Origin: Malacoraja senta
Taxonomy: Eukaryota
Direction: 5' to 3'
Assembly: GCA_038087875.1 (NCBI GenBank)
Contig: JAXLNO010000373.1
Coordinates: 62,001 to 98,149, forward strand
DNA length: 36,149 nucleotides
Part shown: in pieces, positions 10,365 to 21,337 of the stretch
How positions within the stretch are numbered: the first letter of the stretch is position 1
Layout of the letters: the number at the start of each line of letters is the position of its first letter
Translations under genes and position numbers: made by a program
The notes under the pieces: model-generated
What the model saw: only the letters and a program-made list of their open reading frames with translations
The model's database searches: none
What the model was told of the DNA's origin: nothing

Positions 10365-10661
10365 CAGAAGTCTAGCCCTCGCCAACATGTTCCTGCACCT
10401 TACCCTGTCGTTTAAGACGCTATTTTTTTTAAAGGTTTCACATCGGGAGAAACCTCACTCAAGCATTAAGAGTCGAGAGTGTTTCATAGACATATGTGCC
10501 GACAGCAGAACAATGACAATCATACTTGCTGCTGCTTAACGGGCTGGTTAACACAACACACAGATCATTAAACCAAAGAAAACAATGTATTAATAAATTG
10601 TCATACTAGGTAACTCTACTCTTTTGAACTGGTTGAAATGAGGAGCCATTAGTTTTGTATA

Positions 10662-10753
10662 AACACAAAGTGCTGGAGTAACTCAGCGGGACAGGCAGCA
10701 TCTCCGGAGAGAAGGGATGGGTGACGTTTTGGGTCGTGACCCTTCTTCAGACT
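10662..10753 (-). mobile_element. Short Penelope-derived element (degenerate hammerhead core)
   Basis: Minus strand reads AGTCTGAAGAAGGGTCACGACCCAAAACGTCACC plus the family body. Confidence 0.8.
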
Positions 10754-10769
10754 CGGTTTAGTAGAGTTC

Positions 10770-11626
10770 TGTTTAGAGATACAGCATGGAAACAGGCCCT
10801 TCGGTCCACCGAGGCCATGCCGACCATCGATCATCCGTTTACACACTAGTTCTATATTATCCCACTTTCTCATCCACTCCCGACACACTAGGGGGCAATT
10901 TACAGAGGGGCCAATTATAAACAATAGACAATAGACAATAGGTGCAGGAGGTGGCCATTCGGCCCTTCGAGCCAGCACCGCCATTCAATGTGATCATGGC
11001 TGATCATCCCCAATCAGTACCCCGTTCCTGCCTTCTCCCCATATCCCCCCTGACTCCGCTATCTTTAAGAGCCCTATCTAGCTCTCTCTTGAAAGTATCC
11101 AGAGAACCGGCCTCCACCGCCCTCTGAGCCAGAGAATTCCACAGACAAAACTCTCTGTGAGAAAAAAGTGTTTCCTCATCTCCTACAAACGCGCACGTCT
11201 TTGGGATGTGGGAGGAAACCGGAGCACCCGGAGGAAACCCATGCAGTCACGGGGGAAACATAGACAATAGGTGCAGGAGTAGGCCTTTCAGCCCTTCGAG
11301 CCAGCACCACCATTCAATGTGATCATGGCTGATCATCCACAATCAGTACCCCGTTCCTGCCTTCTCCCCATATCCCCTGGATTCCGTCAGCTAAGAGCTA
11401 AATCTAACTCTCTTGAAAACATCCAGCCAATTGGCCTCCACTGCCTTCTGTGGCAGAGAATTCCACAGATTCACAACTCCCTGGGTGAAAAAGTTTTTAC
11501 CTCATCTCAGTCCTAAATGGCCTTCCCCTTAGGGAGAACATGCAAACTCCACGCAGACAGCAGCCGAGGTCGGGATTGAACCTGGGTCTCCGGCGCTGGG
11601 AGGCAGCTGCTCGACCACTGAGCCAC
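10770..11626 (-). mobile_element. HE1-type SINE split by two CR1 3'-end insertions (~10921-11183 and ~11259-11531)
   Basis: SINE pieces 10770-10917, 11183-11256 and 11532-11626 are collinear. Both intervening blocks start with the AGACAATAGGTGCAGG CR1 tail. Confidence 0.85.
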
Positions 11627-12082
11627 TCTCTGAGTTACAGTGCATTGAAATGGATATATTACTTTTGAAGGAGAATAATTTTTCAGTGTGTAACACGAGC
11701 TCCCATGAGCGTGATTGATTATTACTCTTTAGGGGGCTCGAGAGACGGAAAGGTGAACATTACGTGTCAGGAAACAAAAACTCTATTGTGTTACAAACCC
11801 TTATTGGACTGGATTTAAACAACACCTCCAGATTATGTCATGGCTTCAACCTATTTTTATAAATTAAAAAAACCTATCCCATTATAATTAACATTGAAGT
11901 ATGTTCCTGGCCCAGCTGGACAATTGCCTTTCTTAACAAAAAAAATTAAAACGCAAAGATTAAAACATTTAGATGCCGTTGCAATATTGATGGAGACAGA
12001 AAGAACTGCAAACGCTGGTCAATACACAAAAAGGACACAAAGTGCTGGAGTAACTCAACGGGTTAGGCAGCAGGTCCAGAGC

Positions 12083-12311
12083 CTGCCGATGCTGGTTTGA
12101 ACTGAAGACACAAAATACTGGAATAACTCAGCGGGTCAGGCAGCATCTCTGGAGAGAAGGAATAGGTGACGTTTCAGGTCGAGACCCTTCTTCAGACTGA
12201 GTTCTTTTCCTTGATTCTTAGTCTGAAGAAGGGTCTCGACCAGAAATGTCACCAATTCCTTTTCTCCAGAGATGCTGCCTGACCCGCTGAGTTACTCCAG
12301 CTCTTTGTGTC
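12083..12311. mobile_element. Inverted pair of Penelope-derived elements
   Basis: ~95-bp inverted arms at 12106-12198 and 12220-12311 with a 21-nt spacer. Confidence 0.88.
12165..12198 (-). ncRNA. Minimal type I hammerhead ribozyme motif
   Basis: AGT CTGAAGA A GGGTC TC GACCT GAAA CGTC ACC. Contains CUGANGA, stem II, GAAA, palindromic ACGT in place of stem III, and a GUC cleavage triplet. Activity untested. Confidence 0.65.
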
Positions 12312-12599
12312 CATTTGCAGTTTTGAGTTGAACTCCCTTTAAAACTGACAACCGGGCGGCCATTTTGTCTGCTGCTATCTGAATGCGCATTACAGTGTTC
12401 TGCCCCACTCCTATTTTCCTCAACTCCTTGAGATCCATGTTTAGTTTAGTTTACAGATACAGCGCAGAAACAGGCCCTTCGGCCCACTGGATCTGCGCCC
12501 ACCAGCGATCACCCTGCTACATTAGGATTGCCAACTGCCCCGTACTGGCACTTGACTCACAATGACGAGTATTTAATTGATTGCATATATTTGCAAAAT

Positions 12600-12903
12600 C
12601 AGTTTAGAGATACAGTGCGGAAACAGGCCGTTCGGCCCACCGGGTCCGTGCCGACCAGCTATCACACCGCGCACTAACACTATCCTACACACACACTAGG
12701 GACAATTTGCAATGTTTTACAGAAGCCAATTAACCTGAAAACCTGCACGTTTTTGGAGTGCGGGAGGAAACAGGAGCACCCGGAGAAAACCCACGCAGGT
12801 CACGGGGAGAAGGTACAAACTCCGCACAGACAGCACCCGTAGTCAGGATGGAACCCGGGGTCTCTGGCGCTGTGAGGCAGCAACTCTACTGCTGCGCCAC
12901 CGT
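12600..12903 (-). mobile_element. Full-length HE1-type V-SINE
   Basis: Minus strand starts CACGGTGGCGCAGCAGTAGAGTTGCTGCCTCACAGCGCC, with V-domain and tail. Confidence 0.92.
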
Positions 12904-13097
12904 GATCTAAAGACAAGTGGCTCACTAACATGGAATAGACATTTGTACACATCCGTATAACTGGCTGGGAATATTCCCCTGCAGTTCACTTCATTGATGG
13001 ATCTTTGAGGTTTGAAGATGGCACTGAAGTCATTGTGCGCAGGTCCCACAGGGGCTCTGCTTCCCACATTACAATGTCTCCACTCTATATTGATCTG

Positions 13098-13588
13098 TAG
13101 ACAATAGGTGCAGGAGTAGGCCATTCGGCCCTTCGAACCAGCACCGCCATTCACTGTGATCATGGCTGATCATCCCCAATCAGTACCCCGTTCCTGCCTT
13201 CTCCCCATAATCCCCTGACTCCTCTATCTTTAAGAGCCCTATCTAGCTCTCTCTTGAAAGTATCCAGAGAATCGGCCTCCACCGCCATCTGAGGCAGAGA
13301 ATTCCACAGACTCACCACTCTCTGTGAGAAAATGTGTTTCCTCGTCTCCGTTCTAAATGGCTTACCCCTTATTCTTAAACTGTGGCCCCTGGTTCTGGAC
13401 TCCCCCAACATCGGGAACATGTTTCCTGCCTCTAGCGTGTCCTAACCCTTAATAATCTTATATGTTTCAATGAGATTCCCTCTCATCCAGAGTATACAAG
13501 CCCAGCCGCTGCATTCTCTCAACATATGACAGTCCGGCCATCCCGGGAATTAACCTGGCGAACCTACGCTGCACTCCCTCAATAGCAA
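13098..13588 (-). mobile_element. CR1 LINE 3' fragment
   Basis: Encodes MFPMLGESRTRGHSLRIRGKPFRTETRKH..VVSLWNSLPQ. Confidence 0.93.
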
Positions 13589-13706
13589 CTGTACGCTATG
13601 GACGGCTTGATTGTAACCATGTGTAGTCTTTTCATTGTCTGGTTCGCATGCCACAAAGAAGTTTCTCACTGTACCTCGAAACACACATTGAAAACAATAC
13701 ACTAAT

Positions 13707-14064
13707 CTGGTCCACCCTCGATTCCAGAGCCGTTCTGGATTAACCGTGTTGCCGGGCCAACAGAGGTCGCGGCCTCCGAGAGGAGTCCGACGTTACCGGA
13801 ATGTTCCGCCTCGGAAGTCGGCTGTGGGAACGGATCTCCGGGCCGGAGTTCAAGAGACCCGGCCGCAGGTTGGGGGGGGGGGGGGCAAATCCCACCCAGC
13901 CGATCGGCCGCGGAAGTCCCCATGAGGTGGAGATCGGCCGCCCCTCCCGGCCTAGGGGGCTCATCGTCGGGGGGGGGGGGGACTTCCAGGAGGGGTTTCA
14001 AGTGTTCTAATGGGTTAAAGAAAGTGCCGGAACACCGGTTGCCAAAAAATCGGCGGTGGACCTG
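13707..14064. mobile_element. TcMar (Tigger/pogo-like) non-autonomous DNA transposon
   Basis: Imperfect TIRs CTGGTCCACCCTCGATT ... AATCGGCGGTGGACCTG, followed by TA. CpG-rich interior. Confidence 0.6.
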
Positions 14065-14107
14065 TATAAGATGGTGAACTCTAGCAAGACTTTAACCATA
14101 TGTTGCT

Positions 14108-14382
14108 GCATATGCACATATAACCATATAACAATTACAGCACGGAAACAGGCCATCTCGGCCCTTCTAGTCCGTGCCGAACACTTACTCTCACCTAGTC
14201 CCATCTACCTGCACTCAGACCATAACCCTCCATTCCTTTCCCGTCCATATACCCATCCAATTTATTTTTAAATGATAAAAACGAACCAGCCTCCACCACT
14301 TCCACTGGAAGCTCATTCCACACAGCTACCACTCTCTGAGTAAAGACGTTCCCCCTCATGTTGCCCCTAAACTTTTGTCCCT
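14108..14382 (-). mobile_element. CR1 LINE 3' fragment (further subfamily)
   Basis: Encodes KGQKFRGNMRGNVFTQRVVAVWNELPVEVVEAGS..FKNKLDGYM with a (TTATATGG)n-type tail. Confidence 0.9.
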
Positions 14383-14689
14383 TATGCAGCATCTTATGTG
14401 GGAGCAGGAGAATGGAAGAAGGAAATTCCATCTAAACAGCCTTCGCCTCCATGAGGAGAGTTTGGAATGCCAAGAACAATATAGACTGTAATAAAACAGA
14501 CCCCCATGGTGGGTACTGACCACAACAAATTGACGCTGTTTGTGACTCACTCCTCAACTACATTTGGTGCATTTGCTAATTTACCCAAATGTTTCAACTT
14601 TGAATCATTGACTCATTTCTTGATCTCATGATTGTCACGGAATATATTTCATGCAATTCAAGGCAAACGGGGGGAAGCTAAATTCGGCG

Positions 14690-14992
14690 GTCGCGGTGGC
14701 GCAGCGGTACAGTTGCTGCCTTACAGCGCTCACAGCGCCAGGTTCGATCCCGACTATGGGTGCTGCCTGTACGGAGTTTGTACGTTCTCCCCGTGGCCCG
14801 CGCGGGTTTTCTCCGAGATCTTCGTTTTCCTCCCACACTCTGAAGACGTGCGGGTTTGTAGGTTAATTGGCTTGGTGTAAGTGTAAATTGTCCCTAGTGT
14901 GTGTAGGATAGTGTAGTGTGCGGGGATCGCTGGTCGGCGTGGACGCGGTGGGCCGAAGGGGCCTGTTTCTACGCTGTATCTCTAAACTAAAC
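14690..14992 (+). mobile_element. Full-length HE1-type V-SINE
   Basis: A box TGGCGCAGCGG, B box GGTTCGATCCC, V-domain and tail. Confidence 0.92.
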
Positions 14993-15276
14993 AAAATGAA
15001 ACGATTTGTTATCACTGATACAACAATTAAGACACCTCTCTTATTTTCCTTCCTCGCTGATTCCTCTCATTTCCTTTTTCCTGTCGTTACTATCAATTGT
15101 GTGTTTGTATTTCCATTACATTTCCACACAGTTTTTTTTTAATGGTAAGCTCCTCTAAAAAGATTAAATTGTAAGAACCAGTTTAACTATTATCATGTGC
15201 TGATTTTATACATTTTAGTTATTAAGTTTATTGAATTAGAAACTTTTTCGTCAAAACAATTTTTGTCAAAAGGACA

Positions 15277-15707
15277 AGACAATAGGTGCAGGAGTAGGCC
15301 ATTCGGCCCTTCGAGCCAGCAACGCCATTCAATGTGATCATGGCTGATCATCCCCAATCAGTACCCCGTTCCTGCCTTCTCCCCATATACCCTGACTCCG
15401 CTACCTTTAAGAGCCCTATCTAGCTCTCTCTTGAAAGTATCCAGAGAACCGGCCTCCACGTCCCTCTGAGGCAGAGAATTCCACAGACGCACAACTCTCT
15501 GGGTGAAAAAGTGTTTCCTCGTCTCCGTTCTAAATGGCTTACCCCTTATTCTTAAACTGTGGCCCCTGGTTCTGGACTCCCCCAACATCGGGAACATGTT
15601 TCCAGCCTCTAGCGTGTCCAAACCCTTAATAATCTGATATGTTTCAATAAGATACCCTCTCATCCTTCGAAACTCCAGAGTGTACAAGCCCAGCCGCTCC
15701 ATTCTTT
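15277..15707 (-). mobile_element. CR1 LINE 3' fragment
   Basis: ORF 15358-15747 encodes MERLGLYTLEFRRMRGYLIETY..YGEKAGTGY*. Confidence 0.95.
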
Positions 15708-15877
15708 CAAAAGGAGAACGGGGTTGGGAGTGGTATATTGATGGCAAAACTGTTGAGAAATGTAAGGCTTCATCTTTAATTGATATGCTTACTGGTATTT
15801 AATGTCCCCTGGTATTAAAAACACACTGCCCCCATCAAAAAATTCATTGATAAATGTAGCTTGATTTTTAATTGATA

Positions 15878-16115
15878 CTAGACCAAGGGGGACCCGTTGG
15901 GTCCTGTCCCAACACGCGGTTGCGGGAGGGCGGGGGGTGAGGGCAGCCTGCTGCGTCACACACACACTAACCACCCCCTTGATATTATATCAATATTATT
16001 TATTCGCCTCTTTTACCCCATCCCCCGCCCTATCCACTCATGCATATCCCCCGACTCGCAGGTTCGGCTAGAGAGGGAGGGGGGGCAGAGGCACAGAGAG
16101 GCACAGAAAGGGTGA
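15878..16115 (-). mobile_element. Probable non-autonomous Helitron 3' end
   Basis: Minus strand reads GGACCC-AAC-GGGTCC hairpin (15890-15904), 8 nt, then CTAG|T at 15878-15881. The 5' boundary is uncertain. Confidence 0.55.
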
Positions 16116-16675
16116 TATGTGTACTGTATGGCTACCAAAAAAAAATCGTGACATCTACCAAAAAATGGTTTGTTAAATTATCAGCTTATATCAGCTAATA
16201 TTATAGTAATTGTAAGCTTAGTTTTAATGGGTATGTGTGTCGCCAACTTTATATCTACAAAACAATGCATTGCTTGGATCAGATGCTGTAATTTCAATCA
16301 CCACTGCCCCAGGCACTGTCGTGTCCGACCCTCATTTCCCACCTCTTTCATTAAACCTCTTCCTGATTGCTCGGTGTTTTCAAGCCAGCCGCCACAATGC
16401 TCCGTTCACGCCAACTCCAAACTCCTGCTGTTTGGAAATGTTTTTGCAAAGAGCAACACAGACTGTGGAACATCTGGTCCGGCTGCACACACCATCGATC
16501 ACTAATTACTGGCCCTGGCTGGGAGGAATCAAAAGGCCCATTAGGGCTGTGGAGTGTCTCCCCTTCCCTAGTCAAGCACACTCACGCATATTGTTGTCTA
16601 CAAGGGCCCTTGACACAGGCAGTCATTGACTTCACTGCCGAGCGGGCTGTGTGAAGTGCTGTCAATGCATTGGTT

Positions 16676-16856
16676 ATGTGTGTGTGTGTGTGTCTACCTG
16701 TCTGTGTATATGTGTGTGTGTGTAAGCGTGTGTGTGCGTGCGCATGTGTGTGTGTCTATCTGTCTGTGTGTGTCAGTGTATCTGTGTGTGTGTGGAAGTG
16801 TGTGTGTGCGCGCTTATGTGAGTGTGTGTGTCTATCTGTCTGTGTGTGTCAGTGTA

Positions 16857-16902
<46 letters not shown>

Positions 16903-16972
16903 TGTGTGTATCTGTGTGTGTGTGTGTCTGCGTGTGCGCATGTGTGAGCGTGTGTTTGTGCGTGTCAGTGTA

Positions 16973-17011
<39 letters not shown>

Positions 17012-17152
17012 GCGCATGTGTGAGCATGTGTTTGTGCGTGTCAGTGTATCTGTGTGTGTGTGTGTGTGTGTGTGAGTGTGTGTGTGTATCTGTGTGTGTG
17101 TGTGTGTGTGAGTGTGCGCATGTGTGAGCGTGTGTTTGTGCGTGTCAGTGTA

Positions 17153-17186
<34 letters not shown>

Positions 17187-17212
17187 TGTGTGTGTGTGAG
17201 TGTGTGTTTGTA

Positions 17213-17250
<38 letters not shown>

Positions 17251-17317
17251 TGTGTGTGTGTATCTGTGTGTGTGTGTGTGTGTGTGTGTGAGTGTGTGTG
17301 TGTGTATCTGTGTGTGT

Positions 17318-17356
<39 letters not shown>

Positions 17357-17385
17357 TGTGTGTGTGTATCTGTGTGTGTGTGTGT

Positions 17386-17455
<70 letters not shown>

Positions 17456-17564
17456 TTGTGTGTGTGTGTGTGTGTGTCTATCTGTCTGTGTGTGTCAGTG
17501 TATCTGTGTGTGTGTGTGTGTGCGTGTGCGCATGTGTGAGCGTGTGTTTGTGTGTGTCAGTGTA

Positions 17565-17601
<37 letters not shown>

Positions 17602-17720
17602 GCGCATGTGTGAGCGTGTGTTTGTGCGTGTCAGTGTATCTGTGTGTGAGTGTGTGTGTGTCTATCTGTCTGTATATCTGTGCGTGCGAGTGTGTATGTG
17701 TGTGTGTGTCTGCGTGCATG
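16676..17720. repeat. Compound (TG)n microsatellite with a recurring higher-order cassette
   Basis: ~1 kb of TG, with repeated TGTGCGCATGTGTGAGCGTGTGTTTGTGCGTGTCAGTGTATCTG blocks. Confidence 0.97.
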
Positions 17721-17763
17721 CAAAGCTGGTTTAAACATGATCCGTTTGATGCAAAGTGATTGA

Positions 17764-18033
17764 AAGATACAGCACGGAAACAGGCCCTTCGGCCCACCGA
17801 GTGCACGCCGGCCATCGATCACCCGTTCCCCCTCGTTCAGCGTTTTCCCACTCCCTACAGGCGAGGTGCAATCTACAATTAACCTACAAACCTGCACGTC
17901 TCTGGGATGTGGGGGAAACCGGAGCACTGGGAGGAAACCCACACAGACCCAAACTACAGGGTGAACATGCAAACACCACACAGACAGCACCCGGGTCTCT
18001 GGTGCTGTACCAACTCTACCAGCTGCACCACCG
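17764..18033 (-). mobile_element. HE1-type V-SINE (diverged)
   Basis: Tail GATACAGCACGGAAACAGGCCCTTCGGCCC, V-domain and partial head. Confidence 0.85.
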
Positions 18034-18346
18034 TAAAAAAATATTTCTCATCTTGCCTCATATAATTAAATTCCTCCTAGTCTTCCTCATCTATCCCAAG
18101 GTATTCTGGTGCCGAGTCTGCCCTGACATCAATACATCCATGGCCGACAATACTCTGCATGCACCAAAAACAACCCATTTCCATTTATATTAAATGTTCA
18201 CTTGAACAGACAAATATGAATAACAAGTACAGGAAATGTTACCTAATGCTAACGTCACCTTACAATGTGGGTCTATCGACTTACAAGCCTCAACAGATAG
18301 ATGATACACTTATAGACAACATAACATGTTTGTTAAATATATTTTT

Positions 18347-18520
18347 ACCTGAAGAAGGGCCCCAACCCAAATCGTCACCTATCCATGTGTAGGAAGGAAC
18401 AGCAGATGCTGGTTTAAACTGAAGAAAGACACAAAATACTGGAGTATCTCAGCGGTACAGGCAGCATCTCTGGAGAGAAGGAATGGATGATTTCAGGTCG
18501 AGACCCTTCTTCAAACTGAG
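18347..18520. mobile_element. Penelope-derived elements in both orientations
   Basis: Plus-strand CTGAAGAAGGGCCCCAACCCAAATCGTCACC, then a minus-strand full body at 18387-18518. Confidence 0.8.
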
Positions 18521-18561
18521 TGCCCTTTCCCCTGACTCTTTTTCCCACATTTCCTCAGACT

Positions 18562-18825
18562 GGAACGTCCCCTATCCATGTTCTCCACAGATGCTGCCTG
18601 ACCCGCTGAGTTACTCCAGCACTCTGTGAAACGTCACCTATTCATGTTCTCCACAGATGCTGCCTGACCCGCTGGGTTACTCCAGCACTCTGTGAAACGT
18701 CACCTATCCATGTTCTCCACAGATGCTGCCTGACCCGCTGAGTTACTCCAGCACTCTGTGAAACGTCACCTATCCATGTTCTCCACAGATGCTGCCTGAC
18801 CCGCTGAGTTACTCCAGCACTCTGT
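18562..18825 (+). repeat. Tandem repeat, 4 x 66 bp, derived from the Penelope-like element
   Basis: Unit GAAACGTCACCTATCCATGTTCTCCACAGATGCTGCCTGACCCGCTGAGTTACTCCAGCACTCTGT starts at 18562, 18628, 18694 and 18760. Confidence 0.95.
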
Positions 18826-19379
18826 GTCTTTAAAAAAAATATATTTGAAAAATAACTAAGCAGGGAACAGGACCATGAATAAGAGTATTTTTCTTCACAG
18901 CTTATCCAAGGTAGTAATTAGAATCCCTCCCTTGTTTAAGAAGGAACTGCAGATGCTGAAACAAACGAAGGTAGGGTTTGAAGAAGAACTGTCTCGACTC
19001 GAAACGTCACCCATTCTTTTGCTCCATAGACGCTGCCTCACCCGCTCAGTTTCTCCAGCATTTTTGTCTACCTCAGTTTATCATTCAGCTTTCCTGCTAA
19101 TTGAATTGAAAATTGATTGTCTACAAATTCATCGGTGGTGAGTAAGTACATAAAAGCATTAAGGCATTATCCACTTGCTCCTATATTCATGCTGTTGACG
19201 TTAAGAATATCTGATCTATAATTCATGGTGTGTGCAAACACTTCTTTAATGGATGCTGCAGTTGGAATCCAGTTCAGTATTACACAGGGATGTTTTTGAC
19301 CAGCTGGTGGTGAGGCACCAAGGTGCATTATACTGAGTGAAGGAACAGCCAACAAATGTCAATATTCATTCACAAACTA

Positions 19380-20057
19380 GGGCAGCACGGTGACGCAGCT
19401 GGTAGAGTCACTGGCTCACTGCGCCAGGGACCCGTGTTCAATCCCGACCTCGGATGTTGTCTTACCGAGTCCGTACATTCTCCCTGTGGTCTTTCTCCGG
19501 GTAGCTCCGGTTTCCTCCCACATCCCACAACGTAGGTTAATTGGCTTCGGTGACCTTGTAAATTTAGTTTAGTTTAGAGATACAGCGCGGAAACAGGCCC
19601 ATCGGCCCACCGGGTCCGCGCCGACTGGCGATCCCCGCACACTAACACTATCCTACACACACGAGGGACAATTTTTATATTTACCAAGCCAATTTAGCTA
19701 CGTACTTGTACATCTTTGGAGTGTGGGAGGAAACCGAAGATCTCGGAGAAAACCCACGCAGGTCACGGGGAGAACGTACAAACTCCATGCAGACAGCACC
19801 CGTAGTCGGGATCGAACCTGGCGCTGCAAGCGCTGTAAGGCAGCAACTCTACCGCTGCGCCACCTCACTGCCCCAAATTGTCCCTAGTGTGTAGGACAGT
19901 GCTGGTGTCCCGCTGATTAAGCGGAGCGTCTAAGAGCAAGTCCAGCGGGATATGCAGCGAGCCCGGGCAAATGGGAATAATGTAGATGGGAATGTGGATG
20001 GCATGGTCAGATGGGCTGAAGGGCCTGTTTCTATACTGTACAACTCTTTACCTCTAA
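19380..20057. mobile_element. Plus-strand HE1-type SINE with a nested minus-strand SINE (19563-19863)
   Basis: Head and V-domain at 19380-19563, a full reverse copy, then resumption at AAATTGTCCCTAGTGTGTAGG (19875) and a tail near 20010-20057. Confidence 0.8.
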
Positions 20058-20103
20058 AGTACAGCTTGCTTAACTCAATAAGACTCAATGTGCAGGAAGG
20101 TTT

Positions 20104-20229
20104 AAAGGGGATGGAGGTGTCGGAGATGGTCCAAGTGAACTTGAGTGCAGGGGAAAAATTGGTGGTGAAGTGAAAGATTTCCATGAGTTCGGCACGGGTG
20201 CAGGAGGTAGCACCGATGCAGTCGTCAAT
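20104..20229 (-). mobile_element. Penelope-like element reverse transcriptase fragment
   Basis: Encodes IDDCIGATSCTRAELMEIFHFTTNFSPALKFTWTISDTSIPF, i.e. the (Y)IDD catalytic motif to the KFT...PF(LD) motif typical of PLE RTs. Confidence 0.85.
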
Positions 20230-20230
20230 G

Positions 20231-20550
20231 CTACCTGATCGGGTAGATGCACAGAGTCTCTTGTCGAGAGTAGGGGAATCGAGAGCCTGAGGACATGGGT
20301 TTAAGGTGAAGGGGAAAAGATTTAATAGGAATCTGAGGGGTAACATTTTCACACAAAGGGTGGTGGGCATATGGAACGAGCTGACAGGGACTATTCCAAC
20401 GTTTAAGAAACAGTTAGACAGGTACATGGATAGGACAGGTTTGGAAGGATATGGACCAAACGCGGGCAGGTGGGACTAGTGTAGCTGGGACATGTTGGCC
20501 GGCGTGGGCAAGTTGGACCGAAGGGCCTGTTTCCACGCTGTATCACTCTA
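20231..20550 (+). mobile_element. CR1 LINE 3' fragment
   Basis: Encodes GHGFKVKGKRFNRNLRGNIFTQRVVGIWNEL. Same subfamily as 5208-5787. Confidence 0.9.
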
Positions 20551-20872
20551 TTCCCGCTGAGCTACTCCAGTTTTTTGAGTCTAGCGTCAAGATTCAAGAA
20601 AGTCACAAATACCAATAACAGAACAATGAAATTCTGACTTGTTGCAGCATAGCGGTGCTGAAAACACAACCCTCACAGACATCACATAGTGAACAAAAAC
20701 ATCCCATAAATTATATTGAATTATAAAACTCACATAGCCATGCAAAAACTGTCAAGATTCACTTCATATTTAAAAGGAACAGAAATATGAAATATGAAAT
20801 ATTTCCTTGATCGGACTTTGCTGGCTTTACCTTGGACTGAATGTTATTCCCTTATCATGTATCTATCTACAC

Positions 20873-21337
20873 CAGGGGCCGGTAACCTACGGCCCCCGGG
20901 CCGAATGCGGCCCGTAACCCAAAAACATCCGGCCCGCAGGCGGTTTTTTCCCCCCCCGTAATCATCCGGCCCGTCGAGCGCCCGCCCCGAGCAGCGGCCG
21001 AGCTCTGTCCATACCGCATCCTGCGCAAAGCCACCGGCACGGCCCTGCACCTTCTGTGAACTCGTTTAACAAAGAACTGCAGATGCTGGAAAAATCAACG
21101 GTAGACAAAAATGCTGGAGAAACTCAGCGGGTGAGACATGCGAGGATTGCATGAGGCTGCCTCACCCGCTGAGTTTCCCCAGCATTTCTGTCTACCTTCT
21201 GTGAACACGTGATTTGACGCCTGCCATCCGGGGCGGGATGGGGGCGGGATCCATGTTTACACGTGATAGATGTGGCCCGCCATCCGCTCACAGACATGCG
21301 TCCCGGCCCCTATGCAGAACAAGGTTGCCCACCCCTG
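20873..21337. mobile_element. hAT (Charlie-like) MITE with a perfect 8-bp TSD
   Basis: TIRs CAGGGGCCGGTAACCT and AGGTTGCCCACCCCTG. TSD ATCTACAC at 20865-20872 and 21338-21345. Subterminal GGCCCG motifs. Confidence 0.93.
21066..21193. mobile_element. Fold-back Penelope-derived insertion with a 17-bp flanking direct repeat
   Basis: ACCTTCTGTGAACTCGT at 21049-21065 and ACCTTCTGTGAACACGT at 21194-21210. Inverted arms GGTAGACAAAAATGCTGGAGAAACTCAGCGGGTGAG. Confidence 0.85.

Noticed and set aside
12352..12372. YY1-like GCGGCCATTTTG site (also AAAATGGC at ~24968 and ~33231)
   Set aside because: Isolated short motifs with no other support.
13707..14064. CpG island or internal promoter
   Set aside because: Bounded by inverted repeats with a TA flank; better explained as a young DNA transposon.
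16170..16654. Overlapping 95-130 aa ORFs as coding exons
   Set aside because: No recognisable domain, mostly non-ATG starts, and antisense to the host gene. More consistent with non-coding regulatory DNA.
16626..17815. Cys/Val- and His/Thr-rich ORFs (also 24142-24651, 26105-26677, 31887-33303, 33825-34572)
   Set aside because: Translations of TG/CA/TA microsatellites.
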